Positions 20,983-34,016 of a stretch of DNA of 64,000 nt are shown here, piece after piece. The translations under genes and the position numbers were made by a program. This DNA comes from Macrostomum hystrix (Eukaryota > Animalia > Platyhelminthes), in assembly GCA_950097015.1 (NCBI GenBank), contig CATNEN010000003.1, positions 4,278,001-4,342,000 of the forward strand, written 5' to 3'. Position 1 is the stretch's first letter. The number at the start of each line of letters is the position of its first letter. The notes under the pieces were generated by a model, which was given only the letters and a program-made list of their open reading frames with translations, did no database searches and was not told where the DNA came from.

Positions 20983-23900
20983 AGGCGACGAAATTTACCG
21001 CCATGGGCTCCCAGCTATCGTCAGAGCAAACAGGCTAGCGATATTTCGTTATTGAGAGAACTGGTGAGTTGTGTGCTGCTTCGCTAATCTCTATTATCGG
21101 ATCTATAATTAGGCTCTAATTATGTCTATTTAAATATTTTTAATGTACTTATTAGTATTTTAGGAGGTTGTTGCCTTGTTGTTAGAGCGTCGACGACAGG
21201 TCGGAGGCTCAATTCCCGGTTACACTGGAACAATTTGTGTTCTTTATCAAGACACTTAGCTCTGCATTGCTTCAGCTCACCCAGCTGTTAAATGGGTTAC
21301 AGCATTAGCTGGGATAATTGAAGGTTGGTGTGGCGCCCCCCAGTCCATGGACTGAACAGCCGTTCGCAGCCTTCAGATGCGCCGCGCAATAGCTGCGGCT
21401 GTGCTGTTGGCTGCACATCTGGCCCTATTGAGGCAGATGTAATTAATGATAATTATTGTATCTTAAAGAAATATATATTTCTATCCACGGATAGATATTA
21501 ATGTGGGTCCAACTCCTTCCAGTCCATGGACAATCCAGTCCATCTTTCCTACTGTACTTATCGGTATTTCTGCTCCTGTCTGCCTTAAAACCTTAATTAA
21601 GAAGCCATTTTAAACATCAACATAAACATCACTAAAATCTTGCAGGTATTTGGCAATGTGGAACTAAGCCACAAGGCGGCCTGTACAAAAGTACACGCCA
21701 GCGATAATCCATTAAAGATCTACCTGACCCGCCTATTCTATCCGACTTCGGGCGGCTCTACGGTGGCCGCATCGGCGTCTGGCTACAGCGCCTCCGGCGC
21801 CAGCCTTGGCACATCGCCAGCCGCTACTAGCGGATTAATCGGCGGCCACCTGCCCAGGCCGATGTCGCTGGCCCATTTCATTGATCCGTCGTCAACCACA
21901 CCCAGACCGATGGGTGTCGGCGTTGGTCACCAACCCGCCAGCAGCAGTGTGCGCTCCAGTGCCGCCGCCCTGCATCAGCAGCATCTGCTTTCAACTTCGC
22001 CTTTTACTTCCGGCGCTTCCGCCGTATCGAATCGCGGTTCAACTCGATTGGGCACAATCTCGGCCGGTGTTGCCATGGAAACGCACGGAGCAGCCAAATG
22101 GATGATTGGCGGCTCTAGTCCGTCCAGTTATCCGGATTCTACGCCGGATGTGTCTGCTGCTTCTCCTGTCCAATCAGACGAAGCTTCGTCACCCCAGCAA
22201 CAGCAGCAGCACCAGGCGGCATTTTTAGTGTCAGCTTCACCCAGGGAAGCTAAAGCCGCTATTACCAGCCTGGCTTATCAGTGCCCTTTCGCCAACACTC
22301 TAACAGGAGCCAGCGCTAGCCACAGCACCTCGTCGTCTAGCGCAGTTTCCACTCCGGCACCCTGCAGAAGCGACAAAATTGGCATCTGCCTAATTATCAA
22401 TTCGCTTGGCCGGCCGACGGAAGACGAACGATTTTATCGATTTTTCTTCACTCACAATGCCTTCTTTGACGCCCTGCTAGTTGGTTTATGCGACGATGTT
22501 GTACAGATTCTGGCTACGGATCCGCAGGTATGTGTGGGCTGAGTGGATGTTTTCTGATTTGTTTCGTCTATGGCCAAAACCGATTCACCAAGAGATCAGA
22601 TTTTTGTTTTTGAATCGAGTCCGATATAATTAACTTTTACCATTTACTGACTTGAAAAAATTCAGTATAAAAAGGTACCTAACCTTTAATAAAAAGGTAA
22701 AAGTATAAAAAGGCCACATTTATATGGGGCGCAGCCGCAGAGAGAAGGCTTGGGGGCTTGTCGTGCAATTTACGCCCTTGAGGGCCAACCTCCAAGGCAC
22801 AGTGAAGTGTACACTGCCTGACGATGAGAAAGTCAGCACAGATGTACACACCTGTTTGAGCATGTGCCTGCGTACAGTATTTGTGTGCGTGTGTGCTCAG
22901 GAGTCAGCGGAGTAGGCAGAATTGCCTCCTCGCTGGCTGCAGGTCTAGTGTCAACAAACGATGTGCCATTGCCCGCAGCCCTACTGCAATTATTGTTATT
23001 ATATATTATTATTTAGGATTAAAATCCTATTCGCCAAACACAAAAATCCTCAGGTGACTCGAATCGATCCGCTAGAAAGTGTGCTCAAAGCCCTGCGAGT
23101 TGTGCAGCGCCACATCGGCCTCTTATTCCACTGTCCTCTGCTGCTCCGTCCAGCCTGGCTCAGCATCCGTCATCAGCCCAGTCTCTGCCGAGTGTTTGCC
23201 AACTCCTGCCTGAGGGTCGCTCTGACTAGCCTCAATTCTAGCCGGCAGAATTTCTTTGTCTCCTCCCTGGTGACAGCGGCACTGATGCACCATCTGGCTT
23301 GGCTAGAGACAGCAGCCCCTGCTGCTCACGCTCATTCGGATTGCATCCACGCTGACAAGGCCAGGGCCTACTGTGCTCAGTGGATGCAGCTGTGCCAGCT
23401 CTACAGTGTGCTGGGCTATCCGCGCCGAGTCTCCAGGACTGTGCTAGTCGGCAGCAACAAGAACCAACTGCTGCTGCTGTTGCATTTATTGAGCTATTTT
23501 ATTCGCTGCAGCGATGTACTGCTGAGTGAAGACACTCTGCCAGACACCAGAGAGGAGACTCAACCGCCTGATCAGCATCAGCATCAGCAGCAGCAGTCGT
23601 CCTCCAGTAGCTCGTCGGATTGCACCAGCGATCTAGACCATTCGCCGCCAACAGATTATTTGGCTAAGGCGAATGCGGCTGCTGCTGTTGCCGTTGTTGG
23701 GGACAAAGCTAGCAAGCACTCCGTTGCGGCGCCTTCGCCATCGTCAGATTATTGCAGCGATTGCGAATTGCATCAGCAGTATCACCTGTTGCATTTGTCT
23801 TCTAATCAGCCTGTGCTGCATTTGAATCTAGTTCAACAGCAGCAGCAGCAGCAGCAGCGACTTGGCGGCGAGTTCTGCTCTCTGCCGCAGACTGCTCGGC

Positions 23901-25142
23901 CGTCATTCTCTCGTAGGCACTACGGCAGTCTGGGCCGGTCTCTTCTGCGAGGAGTGTCGCCTTTCATAGTACCGTTTGCCGCTCTGCAGGGAACTACGGA
24001 TCGGTGTGTATCAATTGTTTGTTAATTTTGATTAAACATTAACAGTAGGACTACCTAGCCATTTTGGCAGCGCCTGAATGCTAACAGCGTTGGGTGGTGA
24101 CTGATTGGTTGACAGACTAGGCGATGGTGTCCTGTTGTTGAACTGCGCCTAATATTTAGGCTTGATCAGTGAAATTCAAGAAATTCGCTTCACGATGTCC
24201 ACAGTAGCCTATTTCCACCTGTGGTAGCCCTTGAAGGTCCAGCAAATCCGTCTAGATGGACGGAGATAATGCAGGTACATTCGGGTGACATGCTGATAAA
24301 TTTTGAAGGCCTGGCAAGGCCGCACTGAGGCGCAGTGCAAATTCGTGTATTGGGTTTTATGAAATACTCGAGCGCTTATGGGAAAAATCTAACCTTCGGC
24401 CAGAACCGTTGAATATCTCGATGATCTGAAGCGCTGGCGACTTGATTCTTGTTTCAGAAGATGCGCAACAAAAATTTGGCCCGTGTTCTTGAGTTTCGTG
24501 TGCTCGCTTTGCTCCGTTCGGGGGGGAACGCCCCCTTGGTAGTTTACTGTTAACCATGGTACAGCTCACTTTAGGCAGATAATCTGTAAAATTAGACATA
24601 GACTATAGAATAAAAACTGCATGGAAGAGCTATTCAGTCCTTGGACTAGAACTTGGACCCTAATCTCTACCATAGATAATCACTCTGATTGTTTCAGATC
24701 CATCTTGGAATCGCCCAACCGGTTGAAGGAGGAGATGCGCTTCTTCCTTGATCATGAAGTGTGCGACGAGCCAGTTAGCGAGTCGTTGCTAATCCTAGCC
24801 GACTGCGACCGTTGTACAGTGACTGTTCGCTCATTATCAGCCGATAGCACCGTGGTTCGCGATCTAGGCCAGGTAGGCGCCGCTTATTCGGTGCATGCCA
24901 TGCTAGAAGACGCCGGCAGGCATCTAGATCTGGGCGCACCGCCAGCGGCCAGTCTGGCTCACGTTGAATCCTGCCTGCAGCGTGTCGAACGCCTCGGTCG
25001 AGCTCTGGCAGCCGTGCTGCGCACTTGCCCGCCAATGGATCCGAACCAGTTGGCGGCTTGTCTGCACACGCATCCTAGCGATCTGCCACTGCTAGCTAGC
25101 ATTGCAACCTCCCAGTGTCGCTATGTGACACCGCCGCTATGA
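20458..25142 (+). CDS. FNIP1: Folliculin-interacting protein (FNIP1/2 family); exons 20458-21063, 21646-22527, 23054-24003, 24698-25142 (~960 aa)
   Basis: IRLVVF..HVFFDS, LLRELVFGNVELSHK..TKVH, LVTAALMHHLAW, QL.QLY..LGYP.R.SRTVLVG, LSYFIRCS, GRSLL, LPLLASIA. GT-AG junctions are phase-consistent. Confidence 0.88.
21163..21455 (+). mobile_element. SINE family B (FNIP intron 1)
   Basis: Degenerate tRNA head, CORE-like segment, palindrome CAGTCCATGGACTG, AT tail. Colinear with the 43641 copy. Confidence 0.8.
22711..23013 (+). mobile_element. SINE family A, 5'-truncated (FNIP intron 2)
   Basis: Body and tail match the other family A copies. Confidence 0.8.
24043..24549. mobile_element. Non-autonomous TIR element (MITE) flanked by TTAA, FNIP intron 3
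   Basis: TTAA-CAGTAGGACTACC ... GGTAGTTTACTG-TTAA imperfect terminal inverted repeats. No ORF. Confidence 0.6.
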
Positions 25143-27065
25143 AACTAGCGGAATTCTGTCTAAATTGTCCACCCTGATATCCCGAACGAAATTTTAACAC
25201 TCATTTTAATAATCCCGATGAATTTTCGTTAGTCATATTGACTACTGACTACTTAGATTTCTAAGTAGTAGTGCAGTTTGAATATTTTTAACATAGTCTA
25301 GTCGTTCGATTAAAAACTAAGTCGACAATTCTTCGGGATGTACTTCTAGTTCTTGAATATAAAAATGTTTTAGAAATCCATGCAACGTTAATAACCAAAA
25401 TGCTTTATTGAATTGATTGTAAATAATTGGTATGGTTGGAAGATTTTATCCCAAAAGTCTGTACGCTTAATAATATTTCTTTTAGTTTACTTATCAATTG
25501 TTATGTCTCTTAAACATTCTGTATATGATTTATGTACTATATCTTGGATTAAAACATAGTTTTTATAACTCTAGTGCTTGGGAATTAGAATTATTAAAAG
25601 TGCATATTCAGTTTGTACCTTATCCAAATAAAGTAATTATATCCATGATTTTCAGCCACACCTATAGGCATATGTGTATATTTTCCCAGGTTGTAGTCAG
25701 ATTATCATAGTTGGCCTTCTTTATACACTATTTTAAACCATATTTTGTACATATGAAAATAATTAGTTTTTTTCTGATTTTAATTTTCAAGTGTATAATA
25801 TTTATTATATTGAAGGCAAACAGTTTAAAACTGCCTTATAGCTTGCACATGCTTATCATGTACTCCAATTAGATATTCAACACTGAGACATGTAGGTCTC
25901 GTATTAAAACGCTTTTGTTGGTGTCAATTGTGTCAGTTGTAATAATCAATTTAAATGTGTGCATCATTTGTTGTCTGTACTAGATAATTAGTGTGTAGGC
26001 TGTGGTCATTCTCTTCTGAATTGTATCAAATCAGCATCGTCAATTTGAAGTTCTTCTATAGTTCACGTTCCGAGAACTGCAGAGATTAACAAAAATGGGA
26101 ATGCTAAAATAATTAAAGATTTCGCTGCATTTCTTTGTTACTTTTTGATGCACACAATATATGTGAATTATTTGCTTTTCTAATTAAACTGTGAGTTATC
26201 TGCTCATAATCTCTTAATAAATTACTTGCTCAAATGCGATCTTTAAAACAAAAATTCCTCAGCCTTTTGCGCCAACGGCCTATTTAGTATAAGGCCATTT
26301 GCATATGATATGCAAAATTTATTTGATGATGCGTACAGATGCCACTTCAGACTTGACACAATCAAATTAGCACTAATAAGAAACAGTCTAGCAAAGTCAC
26401 ACAATCTATTTTTCTTCTCTTTGTACACTAACTGCTTTTTGTTTTTTTAAAACCAACAATTCAATTGAAGTATGTTTCTGTGGAAAGACATTGTGAGGCA
26501 AATTGTTGTAGACAAAGTTGGTATCTAAGTTCTATGTCACAAAGTCGCAATCATTTGATTTTGTTATTTTCTTCTTGTACAAAAATGGACTCCGCCTAAA
26601 ACATTTTAGATTTTTTCTTGCTTGTGTTTTTCCTGCCATCTAATCATCCATCTACCTTGCTATTTTTTCATAGTCCCATGTGTAAATATGTATGCTTTCA
26701 TCTAAACTATGCTTCTAATAACAATTGCCCACTCCCATTGACTACGGCTTGCCAGCAGATGTCAGATTTTATTACGCCTCTATTTTCGCTTCTACTTCAT
26801 TTTCCTTATAAAAACACAGAAAACTTTAATGTCATCGTTTTTTCTTTCATATTTTCCAGCGGATACTTTCTAAATCCCTTTTTCTTGTTACCACCCTCGG
26901 ATTGTATAATAATTATGTTACGATGCTACTGCAAGTATGGTATTTTGCGCAGAAGACCGAAATACAAGATTGCGCGTGTTTGTTTTTTAAGATAATAAGA
27001 CAATTGCATTCTCTGCTTTGTTATTTTATGAAGAATCATCCCTTAGTTTATGTTTAGATTTATTT

Positions 27066-27350
27066 AGCGTTAAATGCGTTTGCCTCTCGAAACAAGGTCC
27101 CTGAGCTCGATTCCGCGGCGAAGCCACATTCATTTGTCTTGTCGTGCAATTTACGCCCTTGAGGGCCAACCTCCCAAGACACAGTGAAAGTGTACGCAGC
27201 CTGACGACGATAAAGTCATGTTTGTGGTGTGTGTCTCCATTCAGGAGTCAGTTGAATGGGCAGAATTGCCTTCTCGCTGGCTGCGGGTCTAGTGTCATCA
27301 AATGATGTGTCGTTGCCCGCAGCCATCCTGCAATTATTATCATTATATTA
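27066..27350 (+). mobile_element. SINE family A, partial
   Basis: Matches the family A head fragment, body and tail. Confidence 0.75.
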
Positions 27351-27412
27351 TAAGTTAGCATAGCAACAAAAAATATTTTAGGTTACAGAATAATTCATCT
27401 AGGCAAGATTTA

Positions 27413-27507
27413 GATTTAGAATATATAGGGACTAGCAAAAATTCTCTCCTTGAACTGTACTTAAGTTGCCAGAATTATAAATAGAGTTATTTTGAAACAA
27501 ATTGCAG
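27413..27507 (+). promoter_or_regulatory. Putative RPLP2 copy-1 core promoter (TATA-like, TCT/TOP pyrimidine tract, short 5'UTR intron 27457-27507)
   Basis: Block AGATTTAG..TATATAGG.ACTAGC.AAA..CTCTCC is conserved with 28287-28322 upstream of copy 2. GT...TTGCAG precedes the ATG in both copies. Confidence 0.5.
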
Positions 27508-27525
27508 CCCTAAAGCAGCCAAGTC

Positions 27526-27873
27526 ATGCGCTACATCGCCGCCTTCCTGCTGTCCGCCATGAGCGGCCACGAGCCCACCAAGGACTCCGTCAAGAAGATC
27601 CTCGGCTCCGTCGGTATCGACTGCGAGGAGGAACGGCTAAACAAGCTGTTCGCCGACCTCAAAGGCAAGAGCATCGAGGAGATGATCGCCGCAGGTCAGA
27701 AGAAGCTCGCCAGCGTGCCTTCAGGCGCGCCAGCTGCCGCCGCCGGCCCCGCAGCTGCCGCTGCTCCCGCAGCCGCTGCCGCCGCGGCAAAGACGGAGGA
27801 TAAGAAGAAGGAGGAAAAGAAAGAGGAGTCAGAGGAGGAAGACGGTGACATGGGGTTCGGCCTGTTCGATTGA
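27526..27873 (+). CDS. RPLP2: 60S acidic ribosomal protein P2, copy 1
   Basis: [10 protein letters not shown]-terminus, KKILGSVGI, Ala-rich hinge, [17 protein letters not shown]-terminus. Confidence 0.95.
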   Translation: MRYIAAFLLSAMSGHEPTKDSVKKILGSVGIDCEEERLNKLFADLKGKSIEEMIAAGQKKLASVPSGAPAAAAGPAAAAAPAAAAAAAKTEDKKKEEKKEESEEEDGDMGFGLFD

Positions 27874-28402
27874 GGCCCTTATTCAGCGTTCCGAGCCTTT
27901 CGTGTCATTAAGTTGCTATTAATTCACCTTGTCAGTCTGAATCAGTGTGTTTCTTCTGTTCGGGTTAACTCATCGCAGACTATAAAAGGATTGATTTTTT
28001 GCTTCTTTTCAAAGTGCCGAAAATATGGTCAAATTTTAGCAAACTAAATGAGTATCGATGTGCTAAGACAGTTTGTGTTACTGGAGGAAGTTCAAGTAAA
28101 ATAAATTGTCAGAGCAGCTATGCTTTAATAAAGCTGGATTAAAGAAACTATAGTTATCAGCTTTCCGATTATTTTTTTGTCTCGTGAAACAGTTTTTAGA
28201 TAAAATTCTGTTTAGAAAATCTTATATGCATTTTAAAGGCCACACAGCGTACAATTATATATTTTTTGTTTGCTATCGCAGTTTGCAGATTTAGTATATA
28301 GGACTAGCCAAACTCTCCCCTTTAAGATCTGTAATACTATTAGTAGTCACATGTGAGGTGCAAAAACTGTCTAAACCGATTGCAGTCCTTACAAGCTTAG
28401 TC

Positions 28403-28750
28403 ATGCGCTACATCGCCGCCTTCCTGCTGTCCGCCATGAGCGGCCACGAGCCCACCAAGGACTCCGTCAAGAAGATCCTCGGCTCCGTTGGTATCGACTG
28501 CGAGGAGGAACGGCTGAACAAGCTGTTCGCCGACCTCAAAGGCAAGAGCATCGAGGAGATGATCGCCGCAGGTCAGAAGAAGCTCGCCAGCGTGCCATCT
28601 GGCGCGCCAGCTGCCGCCGCCGGCCCCGCAGCTGCCGCCGCTCCCGCAGCCGCTGCCGCCGCGGCAAAGACGGAGGATAAGAAGAAGGAGGAAAAGAAAG
28701 AGGAGTCAGAGGAGGAAGACGGCGACATGGGATTCGGCCTGTTCGACTAG
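28403..28750 (+). CDS. RPLP2: 60S acidic ribosomal protein P2, copy 2 (identical protein)
   Basis: Same 115-aa sequence. The true ATG is at 28403. Confidence 0.95.
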   Translation: MRYIAAFLLSAMSGHEPTKDSVKKILGSVGIDCEEERLNKLFADLKGKSIEEMIAAGQKKLASVPSGAPAAAAGPAAAAAPAAAAAAAKTEDKKKEEKKEESEEEDGDMGFGLFD

Positions 28751-29599
28751 GCGACCTTGCAGTTATGGCAGCAGGATGCTTGACAGCTTGGGAGAGGTGT
28801 CTGTACTATTCATATGCAGTACTCTATCAGTTCTTGTTGAAAAGTACACGCTTAATTACGCAACCAGTGTGCTAATTAGGCTTTACCTTTTGGAATCAGG
28901 AAAAGCGTAATATTGGAAACAATAGTATGCTTTTTTTAGTTTCTTTTTTTTTGCACTCGAGTGGCAGTGTACACTGCCTGGCGATGTATTGTAGGCTGTA
29001 GCGTGTCCTCAGTCCATGGACTGAACAGTCGTACGTGGCCTTCAGATGCGCCGCGCAATGGCTGCAGCTGTCTTAATCAATATCGACAGGTATAATCGAT
29101 TGGTATTACGAGTATTACTGACGAACATGAAGCCAGGGCGGAGATTGCGTGTGTGCTCAGGAGTCAGCAGAATGAGCAGAACTGCCTTCTCACTTGCTTT
29201 AAGTCTTACTGTCATCAAAGTTATTGCTACAATCGAATTAAATCAAGAACAAAGAACTGCATTAGAAAAGCACAACGGATTCGGCCAATATATATTTTTA
29301 TGGCACAACTGTTTAGACTCTGCCTGCAACACGGTTCCGTGTACGTGTCTGTAAAAACAATACTAATATAGTAAAAATTATACATAAGCATGTGCGCCTT
29401 TTTCGGAATAAATGTGGCAATTGGGATACAATTATTACTAATGCGAAATCGGAAATAAAAAAGATTGATATTTTTCAGAAATTCAAAACATACTAAAGCT
29501 GACAGACAGGCGCCAATTAAAACAAAATAAATAAAACAAAACTCCCGAACAATCGTTCTGACATGACGTTAAAACAACAGTATGTGTGTTAAAATAACA

Positions 29600-31682
29600 C
29601 TAGGTGTGCCCCATCATCCAGACCAGACTTTGGGCCAGGGCTCCCAGCTCCTTGGACACGGAGGCCTGCACGCACCAGGGATTCTGAAGCCGGCCCAGTT
29701 GTAGGGCTTGTATTATCTGCAGGCAGGACACGGAACGGTGATTGTCCGCCTTGCCTATTAGAGCCAGAACTAGGATTGGCCTGCTTGGCTGCAGGGCCGA
29801 TGCGAAGGCCTCGAGCTCGGGACGACTGTCGGACACTTCCTGCGGCGTGGACTCCGCGTCTACGGTGTAGATTAGGCCGTCCAACTCAAGCCGGATCACC
29901 GTGGGAATTACCTGAGGAGGAGGAGAGAAGTAGCTTGTGGGGAGGGGAAAAATATTTTAGCAAAGGGGAGAGGATTTTAGGGAAGGGAGAAGTAGGTTTT
30001 GGGGAAGAGGAGTTTTTAGGTGAGAAGCTGACAGAGATAACCTAGAGGAGAAGCAGCAGGGCATTTACCTGATACAGCCTTAGTCGCGGCTGACTATTGC
30101 CGCCATCATCGCTCCCGGTAGCTCCAGAAACCGCTGGCTGCAGCAAGATGCTGGACCGAACCCGCTGGGCTTCGCAGACCTGCCTCTCGCGATCCTCTCG
30201 CCGGCTAGAGTACAATGTCAGAAGGTCGAACACGTAGCTGCCCCCATCGTCCGAGGTCATCCTGTAGGTGATGCCGGAACCGATACCGTCAACTCCGTTG
30301 ATCATGCTGATGGGATCAAATTGTTGGCCAAGTCGCTTGTTAACCAAGCTGTACACCAGTTTTGAAGTTCGCTTGCTCTCAATGCCCGAGCCGAGAAGCG
30401 CGAATTTCGGATTCCGCTTCCAACGCTTGGACAGGTACTGACGAACTCGTTCGTAGCCGAGACCGCCAGGCAGGTACCAGGCAGCCGGCTGGCTGTTCTG
30501 ACGAACCATCGGGCAGCATCTGCGGCGGGCGAATCGATCGAATCGGTTTTAATGCATAACTTTCAGTTCTTGCATTCTTAATGCATTACCGATTGTAAAG
30601 TACTGAATCCGAAACCGAAACTCGAATTTTCCCAACTCGAATACAAATCTGAAAATCGATTTTCCGCTACCCGAATCCGAATTCGAAACTCGAATTTCCC
30701 CTACCCGAACCCGAATTCGAAACTCTTGTTTCCCCAACCCGAACATGAATCCGAATCTCGAGTTTCCCGAACCCGAATCCGAATCTTGAGTTTCCCGAAC
30801 CCGAATCCGAAACTCGAATTTCCCCTACCAGATCCTGAATCAGAATCTCGAGTTTCCCCAACCCGAACCCGAATTCGAAACTCTTGTTTCTCCAACCCGA
30901 ACCCGAATCCGAATCCGGGTTCCCCAACCTGAATCCGAATCCGAAACTCGAGTTTCCCCGACCCGAATCCGAATCCGGGTTCCCCAAACCGAATCCGAAT
31001 CCGAAACTCGAGTTTCCCCTACCCAAAATCCGAATCCGAAACTCGAGTTTCCCCAACCCGAATCCGAATCCGAAACTTCAGTTCCTCCAACCCGAATCCG
31101 AAACTCGAATGTCTTCAATCAGAATTGAAAATGAAACTTGTGGTTGCTCCTCGAGAAATATTAATAATTTAGGTAACCTCATCGCAGTCCTTTGCATAAA
31201 ACTAGATAATACACTTCGTAAATTTAGTTTACAAGCCTCCTCTTATGCTGTCGCGGCTTTAATCATTATTTTTGCGGCTAACTGTACAATAATTACCTGA
31301 TGTACACCTCTTTGCTATTGACGTGGCCGATCAGGGCATCCGGATTCCTGTCGTGACTGAGCCGCGGCCAAGACGGCAGATCTCGGTTTAAAAGAAACTG
31401 CCACAGCAGTTCGTCAGAGCCAATCTCGTTGAAATGCTGCGACACGCAGGCGCACGAGCATAGATCTTTGGCATCCAGGTAGGCGAAGATATTCAACAGA
31501 ATCTCTGGTGGCAGAGCGCTCTGGATGTCCGCCGAGGTAGCCGAATTAGCGAAATTGTCTGAGCCGTCTTCGGTCAGGCTAAGCCGATTCGACAGCCGCT
31601 GGCCGCTGGCCTCCCTAGAATTGCCCAGTCGTTCCCGAATGTACTGATTCAAGTTGTACAGCGTGTTGCTAAGGAAGCTCAT
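29600..31682 (-). CDS. FBXO4: F-box only protein 4; exons 31682-31297, 30519-30069, 29911-29600 (~382 aa)
   Basis: F-box LPPEILLNIFAYL...LLW..LLNRDLPSW, YIRCCP across the junction, PKFALLGSGIE, DGIGSG, LTLYS, DGLIYTVDAE, RPILVL, LQL..L..PW.VQ. Confidence 0.88.
30604..31110. repeat. Composite CCGAAT/CCGAAACTCGAGTTTCCC repeat in FBXO4 intron 1
   Basis: Visible degenerate tandem array. Confidence 0.85.
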
Positions 31683-33077
31683 TGTTTTTGCTTTGATCTC
31701 GAAGCCAATCTCGCTTACTGTCAGAATTTTTAATAGTCTTCTTTTCTGCGAGTAATAGCCAAATTAGTTATAATGAAAGAGTTCTAAAATGCACTACTCT
31801 CTTGTAAAAGAGCGAGAGCATGCGCCACAGACGATGTGTACAAGCAGGCTTGTGCAGAATTGGAAAAGCTCTTGGTCTCTGCTAGCTGCCTGCACTTTGG
31901 CTAATACAACAGAATAAGACAGGGTTTGGTCTGCCTTTAACTCTCTTCGCCATTCCTAGAGCGCTGAGCGCAATGTACATCTAAATTCTCAATGTACACT
32001 CCGGCCCGTTTTTACCATGTCTGTCCATACTGTACATTCACTTTGCTGAAGCTGCCGGTGGGGTGGTGGGCCATTTAATGGCCGACACATGCGGGCTCAT
32101 CCTTCCATTCCTTCCACCCCTAACCCCATTTCGCTCCGTTTCTCACCCCCGCCCGCTGTCGTAATCTCGAAATGATGCTATTTTTAGATCGTGTCAAAAG
32201 CGCATAAGCAGAACGATAGACTGATTATTAATTGTCCCTTGGATTCAGCACTTTCTTTTAACTTGTTCTTTAATTTTCTAAGCATTAATTCTTCTTTGTT
32301 ATTATTCTCGTAAACTAAACATTCTACTGCAATTGGAACTCAACAAAGGTCAAAATAAGACAACAGATTCTCAGAAAATCAACCTTCCGTTTACAACAAT
32401 ATCCATCCTCCTTCTATCTCCCCTTCATTCTGATTCCTTCCATTTGCTTATATTAATAAATGCCTTCAAAACGTTGAATACTTTTCAACGATCTTTAATG
32501 CTTAGTTATTTGGTGTTCTTTTTATGTTAGCATTCATATCTCATTAGCTGCTACACTTATCATTAATTAACTTTTTGTCCAATGATTCATTGTTTCGCTT
32601 CTGAAAAGATTTCGAAGATTTTCTTGCATTACCGTTTGCCAAAACACGCAATTTTTCGATTCTATTGAATTACTAAATTACCATATTAAGTAATCCTCCA
32701 ACTTTAAGAAGAAGTAGGAAGATATTATCACGTCAAGTAAAAAACTACATAATTCTTGTTCTCTGCTTTCTACTATGCTAAGTAGTATTGTTAATAATGT
32801 GACTTTTATCGTGTATTTTACCTTATGAATAATTTTATGAAACAATATTAAAAAGTTGAAAAAGATGAAAAGTAGCTGGTTAAAAAGCAAAATGTCACTA
32901 TAGTTCCGATATTCATTAGCTACGCTATTTCACTATGAGTACAAAGAAATGACTGTTACATAAAAATGCGGATATTTCACGAAAATTACTCGTACATTAC
33001 TCGTACATAGCAACAATATTCTGTAGGTCACAATGTCTAATCGTTTTTCCGAAATTGTGATTCTTTAGGGGTCCTAA

Positions 33078-33633
33078 ATCATTACACCCAAATATTTAAG
33101 TATGTGGGTATAATGACACCCGAATCATTAAGTATGTCGGTATAATGACACCCGAATCATTAAGTATGCGGGTATCATTACACCCTAATCATTAAGTATG
33201 TCGGTATAATTACCCCCGAATCATTAAGTATGTGGGTATAATGACACCCGAATCATTAAGTATGTGGGTATAATGACACCCGAATCATTAAGTATGTGGG
33301 TATAATGACACCCTAATTGTTAAGTATGTGGGTATCATTACACCCTAATCATTAAGTATGTGGGTATAATGACACCCGAATCATTAAGTATGTCGGTATA
33401 ATGACACCCGAATCATTAAGTATGTGGGTATAATTACACCCGAATCATTAAGTATGTGGGTATAATGACACCCGAATCATTAAGTATGTGGGTATCATTA
33501 CACCCGAATCATTAAGTATGTGGGTATAATGACACCCGAATCATTAAGTATGTGGGTATCATTACACCCGAATCATTAAGTATGTCGGTATAATGACACC
33601 CGAATCATTAAGTATGTGGGTATCATTACACCC
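33078..33633. repeat. 32-bp minisatellite (GAATCATTAAGTATGTGGGTATAATGACACCC)
   Basis: About 17 tandem units with no spacers. Confidence 0.9.
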
Positions 33634-34016
33634 ACGGTAGTTCGATGGGTATGCGAACATGTACCTATGTCGTACTCTTAATCATATTATGACATGACAT
33701 GACATTACATTACATTTGTCTGATGTCTTAATTATAAAGTTTCTTATTGCAGCGCACCTTAAAATAAGAATTATCGCTAGAGGTTAAACACTATCAATCA
33801 GAATTGTCAGCATTTCACCTTCCGATTAACACTTCGCACCCTAAGAGGACACACTTTAATCACCCAACGTGATCGTGCGAGATTAAACTAAATCAATTTC
33901 TATAAATCGTTAAGCCTATCAGCTTAGATAGAAATAGAGCATTGTCCAGAATTAGTCTAATTGCATAATGGGTGGGTGGATGGATGGGTGGATGGATGGA
34001 TGGATGGATGGATGTA

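Noticed and set aside
22069-22082. Perfect X-box GTTGCCATGGAAAC
   Set aside because: Lies inside FNIP coding exon 2 (VAMET), with no promoter context.
22818-22850. CTGACGA..GAAA in SINE A as a hammerhead ribozyme core
   Set aside because: No stem II/III or NUH site can be formed. CTGAC pairs with the downstream GTCAG in a simple hairpin.
28358-28402. N-terminal extension of RPLP2 copy 2 in the ORF track
   Set aside because: Starts at GTG in the putative 5'UTR intron. The homologous ATG is at 28403.
33078-33633. 32-bp partly palindromic repeats resembling CRISPR repeats (also the 40-bp array at 53410 and the 36-bp array at 57040)
   Set aside because: Units are head-to-tail with no unique spacers, there are no cas genes, and the context is eukaryotic.
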